Assembly (NCBI GenBank): GCA_963693365.1
Contig: CAVNZM010000016.1
Location: 6,803,029-6,867,028 of the forward strand
DNA length: 64,000 nt
DNA from: Amoebidium appalachense
Taxonomy: Eukaryota; Protista; Ichthyosporea
Reading direction: 5' to 3'
Below, one piece after another: positions 13,452-28,600 of this stretch; position 1 is the first letter of the stretch; every line of letters begins with the position of its first letter. Both the position numbers and the translations under genes were made by a program. Below the pieces are notes generated by a model. It was not told the origin of the DNA. It saw nothing but the letters and a program-made list of their open reading frames with translations, and did no database searches.

Positions 13452-14259
13452 AGGGCTCCAACCCCATCCCCAAACGGAAAAACGCCATAACAAATGAAAC
13501 AATGAGTTGTGAAAATCAACGAGAAGAGAGAATTGGGGAGTGTACGTACAAGGCGAGCCGATGGAGTGGGGGTTTATCATTTTCAGGTTCTTTTTTATGA
13601 TGTTTTTCCTTCTCCCTTCACCCCCCCCCCCCCCCCCCCCCCCCCAACACCTTCTCCTCCTTTTCCACCCCCTCCTATTTTTTGGTGTGTGGTGTGTGTG
13701 TGTGGGGGGGGGGGGGGGGGGGGGGGGGGGGAGGGGGGGGGGGGGGGAGTGGGTGGGTGGGGGGTGGGGTGGGTTGGGGGGGGGGGGGGGGGGGGGTACG
13801 GGAGCAAATATCGAAAGGCTACTATGCAAAAACGTGAGCTTAAGGTGTGGGGTGTCTACCTTTAGCCGTGCTTGTGCTGCTGGGTCGTCCGAGGTCGGGC
13901 CATTTTTGAGGTTGACGATGGCCAAAGTTGCCCCACAGCCCCGGGCCAGCGCTTGCCATTGCACACCCGTGCACATAGTGTTGTTGGTGTTGGTGACGGG
14001 TGGAACGTAGAAAGGGACTAGGGCAACGGGCTTGTTGGCAGGGGCAGACGTGCTCTTGTATGTGCAGCAAGAAGCAACATTCAGGCATGCCTTGCTGCTG
14101 CTTCCCTGCAAAGAAAGGTTTAGATACACGCGATTGTATATGTTACTTGAAGAAACTTGGCAATGTGTGGCTCTTTTCGATTATTTAGTATTCCCACCCC
14201 CCCTTCCCACGCCCTTTCTACAAACAACACACAAACACATGCACGCGTGCACGCGCGTG

Positions 14260-14315
<56 letters not shown>

Positions 14316-14392
14316 GACGCACACACACACAGAAGGTAAGTCAAAGAAAAACAGACGTCAATGTAAGACTCTTTTCGATTGGCCCCTTGCCC

Positions 14393-14424
<32 letters not shown>

Positions 14425-16866
14425 TTCCACTCCCGGCCCCTCCCCCTTTTTTTCTTTCTACAAACACACACACGTGCCTGCGCAAAAAAGAAAAAGAAGA
14501 AGGAGAAAGAGACAGAAGAGGACTGTCAAAGGAAAAGAAAGGAAAAGAAAAAAAGAGCCAATTGAAAACATACGGAGCAGGTGGAGCCCCCGTTCTTGGG
14601 TGTTGGGTTGGTGCACGTTCGGGTCTGCACAGAGCTGCCACACTGGCCGTTGCATGCAGACCATGCAGACCACCCCCCGTTGACTTTCGTTGTTGAGACA
14701 GCTGCCGCTTGGGTGTCACCACCGGCAGAAGGTGCAATAGGCAGCTGCTGTGGCATGTTGTAGATGAATGTGTCGCGAAGGGGCTGCCCAGTACTCCATA
14801 GGTTTGTAGTCTCGTCGAAGTGCTTGAGCCTGCTTGAGAGAGGTTGGTGTTAGTTTACATGAACTTCGCTTTCTAGCGTGATTGTTTGCCCATGGTGCTA
14901 CCGTGGTGATCTTATTATGATAGTTATCTTTCCGCCCTGCATTGCCATATTCATTAGATTTTATGTCTTGTCCTCATCCGCCTACTCCCCAACATCCATT
15001 CCCTCCGCTCCTTCCCCTTCCCCGCCCCCTCCCCCTCCCCCCCCAACGCTGAGATCCCCACGCAGAAGCATACGTCTCCCTTCATTATTTTTTCAGTCAC
15101 TGCAAACACCAATGATTAAGCTTCAGATTCGCATGGTATTAGATTTGGGAGTAAAATGGTATGAAAACACGTACAAGCATGTCGTGCCGAGCCATGTAAA
15201 GGCGTTGCAGTTTGGGGTTGCCAGGCAAAGGTCTTTGCATTCTTGTACAGAACTTGCCCGGCCAGCACCAGGGAGGTTGGCATCCGAGTCAGTGTTGGGG
15301 TACCTCTTCCACACATCTGGGGGCAAACAACAAGTGTTATCTTTCCTTTGTGTGCTACAGTACCTTAGTGTGAGACTGATTCAATTTGCTTTTGATTTTC
15401 CGTACGACATGGATTTGTAGCCATGAACTTCCCATTTCATACGTTCACGGGCATCAATAATTGCATGCAAAAGCAAAAGGTCAATGCGGGCATACTGGCT
15501 AGCGTGAAGTCTGACAAGGGATAATGCATACCTAAGCCGGGCCTGCACACGGGTGAGAACATAAAAGAAGATAAAACCACATGTTTCGAAATTGGAGTAC
15601 ATACCTGTGCCTGCCCTATAATCCTTGCAGGTAGGGCACGAGCAGTCTTCGTGCTGTGCGCTGCACGTGCCTGAGGCGGAGCAGCACGGGGTAGTGCCAG
15701 TGGGGTTGCATTCGGCAGTCTGGCCGGACGGAGCTAGAACGCTGCCACAGAGCCCGTCTGCCCTCCATGCTGCAAAGAGGTTAAAGTTGGTTACAAGGCC
15801 AAAATACATACCGTGAACACACATGCTTCCCCTCCCCACCCCCACCCCTCCGCCTGTCACCGGGCCCTAACTTGTCCCCATAATATTTTCCATCTGGTAC
15901 TACACACTATATAGATGGCAACAGTCCGAAAGTAACCAGAGTAAAACGCATATGGGAGCAAACGAGCAAACGAGCTCGAGCTAATTACACACACCGTTTC
16001 TGTAGTCGATGGATCCCTCCGCTGAGCAGTGGTAGTCGCTGTTGCCACACTCGCCGGAAGGGGAGCAGCATGGGCGGTAGAGGTCATCGGGGTTGCATGT
16101 GGAGGGCTGGCCATCTGAGGTGGGAAAACCAGCCCCACAGAGTCCATCGTCCCGATAGCTGGGTGAAACTGCCCCGTGTGCTTGGCTTTGGCTCACTGCA
16201 CGTGATATGTGGCCATTGTGAGGGTCGAGAGTGTATTATGGGTAATGAAAAACCATGACCCCGCCTTTATTAATAGCTAGGCTGTTGCCGACTGTGAAGA
16301 CACCGGAGGTAAACAGTAACGTCGGTGGCCTGCCTTGGGTTTGCAGTTGCACAATGCCTTGAATGGTGGCACAACAAACCTAATATAGTGGCAACCATGT
16401 ATGCTCGCGCCAAAATACCAGCATGTGTGCCTCCATGCATATATGCAAGTTTTTACTAACGTCAACAGCTGCTGCATGATCTTAGTTATATCACGTTCTT
16501 CATGGAAATTTTTTTGGGCCAAGCAAAAACTTTCCTTTAAAATTTAGCTAGACATCCTTCAGCCACAAGGGTATACACGCAACGTTCGTCGGAGTTGTCT
16601 CGATCTTCGAAACTGGGAGAACAAAAATTGGCCAGCCTATAGCTAGAGCTGTAGGTCATGCCTCGAGCTCGTTAATACACCATACAGGCTCACAACTTAT
16701 TGTCTTGCATCGTAGGGAAAAGGAGGGAGAGGGCTTTGAGCTCAGTGTTCGGCTTACTTATCTCAAAGTAGCTCTTGAAGGCTGACACACTCGGCAAGTT
16801 GCCTGCAAGCAAACCTCCACAGCCAAGCAGGAAGACAAACCTCCACGGTCCAAGGAGAGGCGACAT
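9395..16866 (-). CDS. Secreted multidomain protein: signal peptide, Cys-rich chitin-binding-like modules, PAN/apple, thrombospondin type 1, spherulin-4/GH135-like catalytic domain
   Basis: Exon 1 reads [22 protein letters not shown]. Modules: [118 protein letters not shown]. Then [69 protein letters not shown]. Exons between 9.5 and 11.8 kb are uncertain. Confidence 0.75.
13090..13360. repeat. Local tandem duplication of about 150 bp containing (AAC)n
   Basis: AATACTCCAACCCTTTCACCTCTCCCCGTCACCCACCCAAACATAAAC..AAAGAGGGTGAGGGG occurs twice. Confidence 0.85.
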
Positions 16867-17674
16867 CTTCAGTCAGCTTGATGTTACAGAAGCCTTTGCT
16901 GCAGTTTTCTTGTTGTTATGTATTATCTGAGATTATTTACGCTGTTTGTTTATCTTCTTGCAACTACAACATGCGGGTGTGTAAACAATTGGAACGATAT
17001 TGTGCCTTCGAGCCACTGTTTTTCAACGTCTACATGTCCAGAACCACTTTTCCTCGCTCCGCTTTTCTCTTCCTTCCTCTCTTTATCTATGCGTGCATTA
17101 TCGTGATGCGGAAAAACTGACAAACTTTCTGAGCGTGTCGTTGATTTTTGTGTACACACTGTGACTCCGATCACGACCACTCGCGGTGGGAAAAAGGACC
17201 GTTCGACCCAACCATATATGGGTTGTAATATCACAAAATTTCGCGCCATGCAGCAATTTCATCCAATCAGAAATTACATAGTAATTGATTGGATGTCCGA
17301 TGAGCCGTGCAGAGGAGGGCAAAATCGCCACGTGAAACCGCAAAATAAGACCCGCACGTGAAGGTACGTACGTGCACAAACGTGTGCAAGTCACACCACT
17401 TCATACAGACCCATGCATGCGCATAGAGGGATGCTTTCGCTCGCAACTTCAATATCTACTAGCGCTAAGAGTGGTGAACGGACTTCGTTCTATGCCTGCT
17501 ATACATATTGTGCGGAGCTGGTCAGAGCGGAGATAGGCGGTGGTACCGCGCCGGTGACTAACGGTTTTCGCCGAGCCGGCGCTTTTGATTCTGCAGCACT
17601 GGTGCCGCTAACGGCTCCCCTCAGGCACACCGCTACATCCGTCTATTTCTCTATCTATTATCCCCCACTCCCCC

Positions 17675-17725
<51 letters not shown>

Positions 17726-18019
17726 CTCCCCCCTCCTCTCTCTCCCCGGATCCCCCTCGAGCTCGATCATCATGATACGTAAACTTAAATTATCACTACT
17801 CAAGTCAGCCACTGTGTGGTCCCTGTATGGCCCCCGCGCCGGGCTATGTTTGTAAAACCAAGTTCAGCGATTGCGTGCGTGCATGGACCGTGACTGACAA
17901 CAGTGCATGTGTATGATGTACGTGAGTTTAATTATTTAATTAATGGCATGTGCGCCCCTATTTCAGTTCTCTGTAATTGTAGGCGTGTGGCGTGTGTGTT
18001 TGGACCCTGCGTATTTTGT

Positions 18020-21436
<3,417 letters not shown>

Positions 21437-22022
21437 AGCATGTGGTTATTAGGGCACAATGTACACGTAGGTAATATTACATACCATTTGCATAGATTCG
21501 GGCTACATTTTCTTTGCTTCTTCAATTTGGATTGAGAGAAAAGCAGAGCAGAACAAGTAGAGTAGGTGGGTTTAGCAGCAGAAGTTGTACCTTTAGGTGG
21601 GTGCTTGACAACTCAAACGTTAACAACAGTAAACAACGGGTTGAACACGGATTGATCGTAGCTTTGGGGAGAATGGTACACGATGAACACCGATACGTTT
21701 GTAACCAAAGAGACTTCTGTTTACAACGGATAAAAAAAGAGTGCCTAAGATTCTACTTGCATCTAAAATTTGTTGCTCTGTGTCAAGCTGTCAGTAAGAG
21801 GCAGAAAGAAACAACGGAAGCACTCACAGAAAGCACTCACCACCGAATAGCTGCAGCATTCAGTAGCGATGAAGGTTGCAGACTGCGCAGCCTGGGCTCG
21901 GTTGTTATCCCCGCGTGCCTTGAACGCGTCGTTCTACAGCTCTTCGACCAAGTTATGCCTTTCTTAGGGTGCCAACACAAAAAACACGTGGTAGTTCAGT
22001 GACGTTCCGTGTTACATATGTG

Positions 22023-22818
22023 TCCGCGAATAGCCCGTCGGGTCATCAACAGACCCGGATCTGACCCATATGTTCATCTTCTACTATTAGTTATCAGTCT
22101 AGATGAACCAGAAGTTGACCCGAATCGTTAGCATCGGAACCACGTCGCGATTACATAATCGTCGCACGTAGGAAAAGTAGACCTTGCACCCCCCTGTGGA
22201 ATGCAGAATAGCCTTTTTTGGTTCAGTCGTCATTATCCCGGGAATCTTGATGGCGACGGACGGCCTGAGTCTCTAGATGGAGTCAGGCTGCAGGGCAACG
22301 TCGCTGCAGACCGTTGGCCATGGCGTTGCCGTCAGTCGGTGCATGATATCATCAATGCGCGGCGCCGGGCCAGCGCTGGCCCCGCTATTATATAAGGGCG
22401 CCCATTCGATGATCCAGCAGCCCGGGCAAGGGGTTGTGGGGTTTTGGCTGAGCTACGGCTTTACCTTAAACGCAATCGTATTGTCAGAATTGTAAATCGT
22501 ATTGGCGAGGTTTGACTCATTTATGACTCGTGTAGACCCGTCCTATTACACGGCCATCTAGAAACACCAGGCCGTCTAACGCGATTAACATTCCCGGGAT
22601 AATGACATCTTAACCAAAAAAGGCTATTCTGCATTCCACAAGGGGGTGTGGCCTACTTTTCATGGCAACCGCGTATCCAGACGATTACGTAATCGTGCAT
22701 TGAATTTGAAGATCCGAATCGGGTCACACCACGGCCCATAATGCAGCGCTTATCATATGTAAATATTATATACTCAAATCGAATCGGGCTGAAAGAAAAG
22801 CCCGACGGGTATCGCGGA
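22023..22818. mobile_element. Foldback/MITE-like element with long imperfect inverted repeats
   Basis: CACCCCCTGTGGAATGCAGAATAGCCTTTTTTGGTT..CATTATCCCGGGAAT (about 22187-22245) is inverted at about 22590-22648. Weaker inverted matches extend out to 22023 and 22818. Confidence 0.75.
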
Positions 22819-23580
22819 GAAAACTGCTGCACTTGCCGTACAAACAAAAGCATGCATATGAGTAAGCTGTTTTTCTGCTCCACTTTTTTTGTCTTGTTGT
22901 TGTTGCGAGCACTTTGAGCCACTTTGGGCATATAATGAGAACAAAATAATCTATCTAACATATACCTTCATTTGCAAGGATGGCATACGGCAACTGTTAT
23001 GGCTGGTAGACCCGGATCCGTTCCGGTTTCTCTCTGTTCCCGCCGCCCTCCCTCCTCTCACTTTTTGGCGAGCGGACCTCAAGCGTTAGCGTGTTGCTGC
23101 TCAGTCCTCGCGACTGTACGGGTTTCCACTTTTCGGTGAAAGTTGCTAAAATATGGCATTGCATGGTGCAAAGGTCAGCTTCATTATAACAGCAGCATCG
23201 GCAGCAAAACACCTTGGAAATATGGTGAGTACAAGAGCTCTCTTGTCACTCCGTAACCCCTAACAACCGGCACCGGTCTCCCGGACGGCCCTGTTTGAGT
23301 TTCTTTATGTCCCTTGTTACCAAGTATTTTTGTCAGAACAGAGTCTGACATAAAAGGATAACCGTTGTATTTTCTATTGTCTTTTTGCTGACTGCTCTAT
23401 TATACAGACCAACTACCCATGTACCTGGGTTCAAACACGACATCTCTATCTCAACGTTTTACCTAAGCCTAAGCCATGTTTTTCCAGTTACTGTTTTGGT
23501 TGGAATGTTTGATACACGTGTGTAAGTTCTTGCCTCTCTCTGCACACACACACACACACCCACCCACCCACCCACCCACC

Positions 23581-23668
<88 letters not shown>

Positions 23669-23704
23669 CACACTTATCCCAAAGCTCCGAGTCATACACA
23701 CACA

Positions 23705-23747
<43 letters not shown>

Positions 23748-24714
23748 CACATACATTCACTCTGTATCTATGAATTTATGTGGATATATGTATATGTATA
23801 TACGTATTTATATATGTCCAAACTGCACATGTTGAAAAAAAACGTCACTACTCAGTCAGAGCTACACCGTGACCTGCACTTCATCGTGCAGTGCACTTCA
23901 TCGTGCAGGTTATCAGCTAAAGTTGCTTGGTTATTCAACATGCTATGCCCGTTTGTTTTTATATTCACAACAGGTTGTCTCTACTTTTGCACTACATCTA
24001 CCCGTTACACATCTATTTTTAGGGTGTGGTACTTAACAAATTGGCGGTGGTAAGGGGTTGCGCTGGCGGGGAGGCGGGTAGGAGGGCAAAGGCTACGTAG
24101 TGACCATCGGATGTGAAATGGACATGACCGCTAGTATGGGGAAAGGGAGCGTCCCGTTTTCGGTTTCCTTAATTTTGGCGTGGGTTTGAACACAAAAACT
24201 CGACGCCACACCGGTTGTGGTCTTATGGGCTGACCAGCACTGATGGTGTAGAATTGCTTGGCACACGACATCAATGAAGTTAGTGTTTGCAAACCTAATT
24301 TGGTCTGCAAGGACACGAGCATGCTCCTGCTCGAGCATAAGACGCTTGCTTCGCTCCTCTGCCTCTCGTTCGCTAAGTTCCCGTGCACGTTCGGCCGCGC
24401 TTCACGCTTACGTGCGTCTTTCTCCGCTCAGTCGTAACTGTTGCTTGCGTTCCTCCTCCGCCAACCGTAGTATAGCGGCTTCTGCCTCGATTCTGTGTGC
24501 CTCCCTTTTCGCTGCTGCCGTTCTCACGTTTATGCTCCTTTCACCTAGCACGATCGTTTTAGTTGGGTCCTTAGGGTCAGAGAAGATGCGAGGGGCAATG
24601 GGTGGGTCGGAATTGGGATCGCGAGAGAAGATCGCTTGCTTAAGGGGCCGGTTCCCTCGCGTTGGATCACAGGACCCCTTGGGAAAATAATCTGCGTCAA
24701 CGAAATGCTTGACG

Positions 24715-25480
24715 TGTTGGACATTGTGTTCATAGAAGCTAGTTCTAGTGCACGTTGTTCCTTCTGTAAGTCAGAAATGATTGCATCTTGTGAGGCCAAC
24801 CTCTGCTCCAGTAGTTGGACTAGTTGCTGCAACTGTAAGTTGTCAGACATAGTGTCGTGTATGATGGGTAACTAGTCTATGTGTTTTGTGCACTGGAAAC
24901 GACAGTAGAAAAGTGTAAATCAAACGTTCTGCTTCCCATGTTTGTGACATGGGAGGCACTGCTTTATATAGTCGTTGGCCACCTCATGGTGGCCTCGTGT
25001 GCACCCTGGTGGTGGGCCATGTACAGCATGGCCGAAAAGAGAGCACAATGAAAACAAGTCGTTAAAGATATAAAAGTTAACTGTGCACGTTGAGTGGCTA
25101 GTTAACTTGCACTAAAGCACACAAATAAACGTGTTTAACACACCAATTGCAGTTAAACGTAAATCTTGCTTCACACAACTAAAAATATTCTGAGAATATC
25201 CGGGAATAAAGCACACTACCACTCTAAGAATAGAATCCTGTGGCAAATATAGACATGACATCATCTGAACCGGGAATAGCCGAAAAGAGAGCACAATTAG
25301 CACGTTGCTAGTGAAGCTCGTCATTGGTACAGTTTTGGCTCAAACATATAACTACCATATATGAATATGACCGTAAACAAAAGCTCTATGCACTCGAGTG
25401 AGTGTTGAAACAGTTATTCAATTGCTCAGAAACTTTCTCTAACAGACATTGCTAGCCGGGAGTACCAGTGTACTCCAACA
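24715..25480 (-). repeat. Copia 3' LTR
   Basis: Direct repeat of 29830-30595; PPT adjacent at 25481-25489. Confidence 0.95.
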
Positions 25481-25666
25481 CCCCTACTCAATTGGATAAT
25501 TGTGGTATGAATTAATGCAACTGAGCTCGAGTGCTTCAGGTGCACAAAATACAGACAATAAAGATTCCCCTACTCAATTTTAGTATGGTACACGTAGTTG
25601 CACAGTCGGATGCAACTCTCTCCCCCCCCCTGAAGTATGAGGGCGCAGTTGGTTGATGACGGGTGC

Positions 25667-28600
25667 TCAGCACATGTTGAGCATCCCCACGGCCTTGGTG
25701 AAGAAAGAGGCAGACAGGGCCTTGGTGAACATGTCGGCCTTGTTGTCAGCAGAAGCCACCGGGACCACAGTGATGTTGCCCAGCAGGTGATGTTCCTTGA
25801 CGGAGCAGTAGCGGACGTCGATGTGCTTGGTCTTGGGCTTAACCCCCAGGGTGTCCAGCAGGGCCCGGGCAGACTCATTGTCCCCATGGATGGGCACCGG
25901 GGTGGGCTCATTGATAGGATTAAGGCCCAGGTCGTCCATGACATAGTTGAGCCATAGGGCCTCGTTCGTAGCAGCAGACATGGCCACAAATTCAGCCTCA
26001 GTGGAGCTGTGGGTGGTGATGGACTGGAGCCGAGACACCCAGGACACAGGGGAGGAGTTGATGAAGAAGACATAGCCCGTGGTGGAGCGCCGGGTGTCGC
26101 GGTCCTCGGCGTAGTCGGAGTCGGAGTAGCCAACAAGGTTGGGGGGGCCGGGACGGTAGACAATACCCAGGTCGATGGTGGCCAGCAGGTAGCTTACAAC
26201 TCTGGTAGCCATAGTCCAGTGGGTGACGGTGGGCGCATGAATGTGTCGAGTAAGGACTCCCAGAGCCTGGGAAATGTCGGGGCGGGTGGTACGCGCAATC
26301 CACAGCAGGGCACCGACCAGGCTGGCATAGTCCTCCTTCTTGCTGTAGGCTGGGGTCTTGTTGCTTTCACTGGCCTGGCCCGGGACGATGGGGGTCTTGG
26401 TGCCGGACATGTGGGTGAGACGAAAACGGGCAGCCAAGTCGATGATGTGTTGACGATGGCCCAGACGCAGAGACCCGTCCTCCAGCCAGGTAAGAGTGTG
26501 CCCGATGAGCAGGGTAGGACGACCCAGGTCCTTGGCAGAGAAACGAGCATCCAGCTTGGTGAAAAAATCGTCGATGAGCGCATCAGTGGCGGCCGTCACG
26601 GTGAAGTCATCCACGTAGGCAGCAAGGGCAATAAACGTTGGGGTCCCGGCATTCTTGATGAACAGGCACGGGTCAGCAGCACTCACAATGAAGCCTTGGT
26701 CGAGGAGATGGTCACGGAGGGCCTCATACCACTGGCGCGGTGCCTGTTTTAGGCCGTAGAGCGCCTTGTGGAGCAAGCCGACAGCATGGGGGGCCGAGGG
26801 GTTGACGAAGCCAGGGGGCTGCTCAATGTAGATGGTCTCGTTGACGGTGCCGTTGAGGAATGCTGTGTTGACGTCGATGTGGCGCAGAGGCAGACCTTGG
26901 GCCACGGAGGTAGCCAAAACCAGCCGGATGGTAGCCAGCGCAGCCACAGGTGACTCGGTGACGAAATAGTCCTGGCCAGGCTGCTGGTAGTTGCCCCGGG
27001 CCACAAGCCGGGCCTTGAAAGCAGTGACGTTGCCGACGTTGTCCTGCTTGACCGTAAAGACCCAGCCGACCGGAATGACAGTGGAGCCATCCTCTGGACG
27101 GGGCACAAGGGTGAAGGTGCCGTTGTCTTCCAGGGCCTTGAGCTCACGGTGTGCAGCCTCCTCCCATTTCAGACGCTGGGGACTCTTGAGTGCAGCCCGG
27201 ACAGTCTTGGGGACAACAATGGTGGAAGCCTTGATGGGTGTTGATGCAGGAGCCGTAGCCTGGGGGGCAAGGGGGGCCGTAGCAGCAGCCACGTTGGCAG
27301 TCGGGCCTCGACGTTGGTCGTTGTACACAGCGCCACTACGGGTCGTCCGGGGGAGCCGATGTGCAGGCTCGGGCAGGATCGGAATGTCCAATTGATCACT
27401 CGGCGCTGTCCCATTGGCTGACAGACGAGACGAATCAGATTGCTGATCATTCCGGACGATGTGATTGGCTGGCTGATTTGACGAATCAGATGACTCCAAA
27501 AAATGATGAATTGCCGGTGCGGTCGACCAATCAGATGGGACATCACGGAGGGGGTGCAGAATAGCAGCCTCGTCGAACTGCACGTCACGGCTGACGGTCA
27601 TCTTGTGTGCTGCTGGAATCCAGACCTTGTAGCCCTTGATGTTAGGAGGGTAGCCCACGAAGATGCCCTTGACGGCACGAGGCGCCAGTTTCGGTGTATC
27701 CTGTTGATGGACGTAGCAGGGAGAGCCCCAGACACGGAGCCGGCTGTAGTCGGGAGGAATGCCGGTCCACAGCAGGGCGGGAGACGATTGGCTGCCGGTG
27801 GCTCGCGACGGGAGCATGTTGCGTATAAAAGCCGCGGTCACAGCTGCCTCGGCCCAGAATCCCACCGGAAGGCCGGACTGCTGCAGGAGTGCCCGAACCA
27901 TGTCGAGGAGGGTCCGGTTCAGTCGTTCGGCAGTCCCATTCTGTTGAGGAGAGCCGGTGGTAGTGATCTGATGGCGAATGCCATGCTCACGGTTGTAGTC
28001 CCCGAAGGCCGTGCCCATGTACTCGCCCCCCCCGTCGGACTGAAACACCTGCATGGGAACACCGTGTTGGGTAACCGCCGCCTTGTGGTACGTCACATAT
28101 GCAGCCAGTGTGTCCGACTTCTTGACGAGGGGCACGGCCGTGGTGTGGCCGGTGAATTCGTCGTGGAACGTCGCCAAGTACTGAGCACCACCGATCGCGG
28201 GAGGGAAGGGGCCGCTGATGTCGCTGTGAACCTTGGCTAGGACCCGGGGAGCTTGGCTAGTTGATTCGGAGAAGGCAACACGGTGGGCTTTGCCGAGGGC
28301 ACAGGGCTCACACACACCCGGAGACTTGGCACCGCCACCCACCAACAGGCCTGCAGACTTGATGACCGAGCGTACAGCGTCAATGCCAGCATGGCCCAGA
28401 CGGTAGTGCCACGTGTTGAGGTCGGCAGTAACCTTGAGGATACGCGGAGCAGTGGTGGTTTGGGCGTCCGGGGTTGTGTCCGCGCGCAGAAGAGACACCG
28501 CCATGTGGTACAGCTTGGTGCCGACAGCCGAGCCGGTGGCCAGAATTTGATCGCCGTAGCACAACTTAACGCCGCCGCGGGTGTCAAAGCGGGGTAAAAC

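Noticed and set aside
21514-23220. ORF fragments around the foldback element as a transposase continuation of the THAP ORF
   Set aside because: Multiple stop codons and no recognisable DDE motifs.
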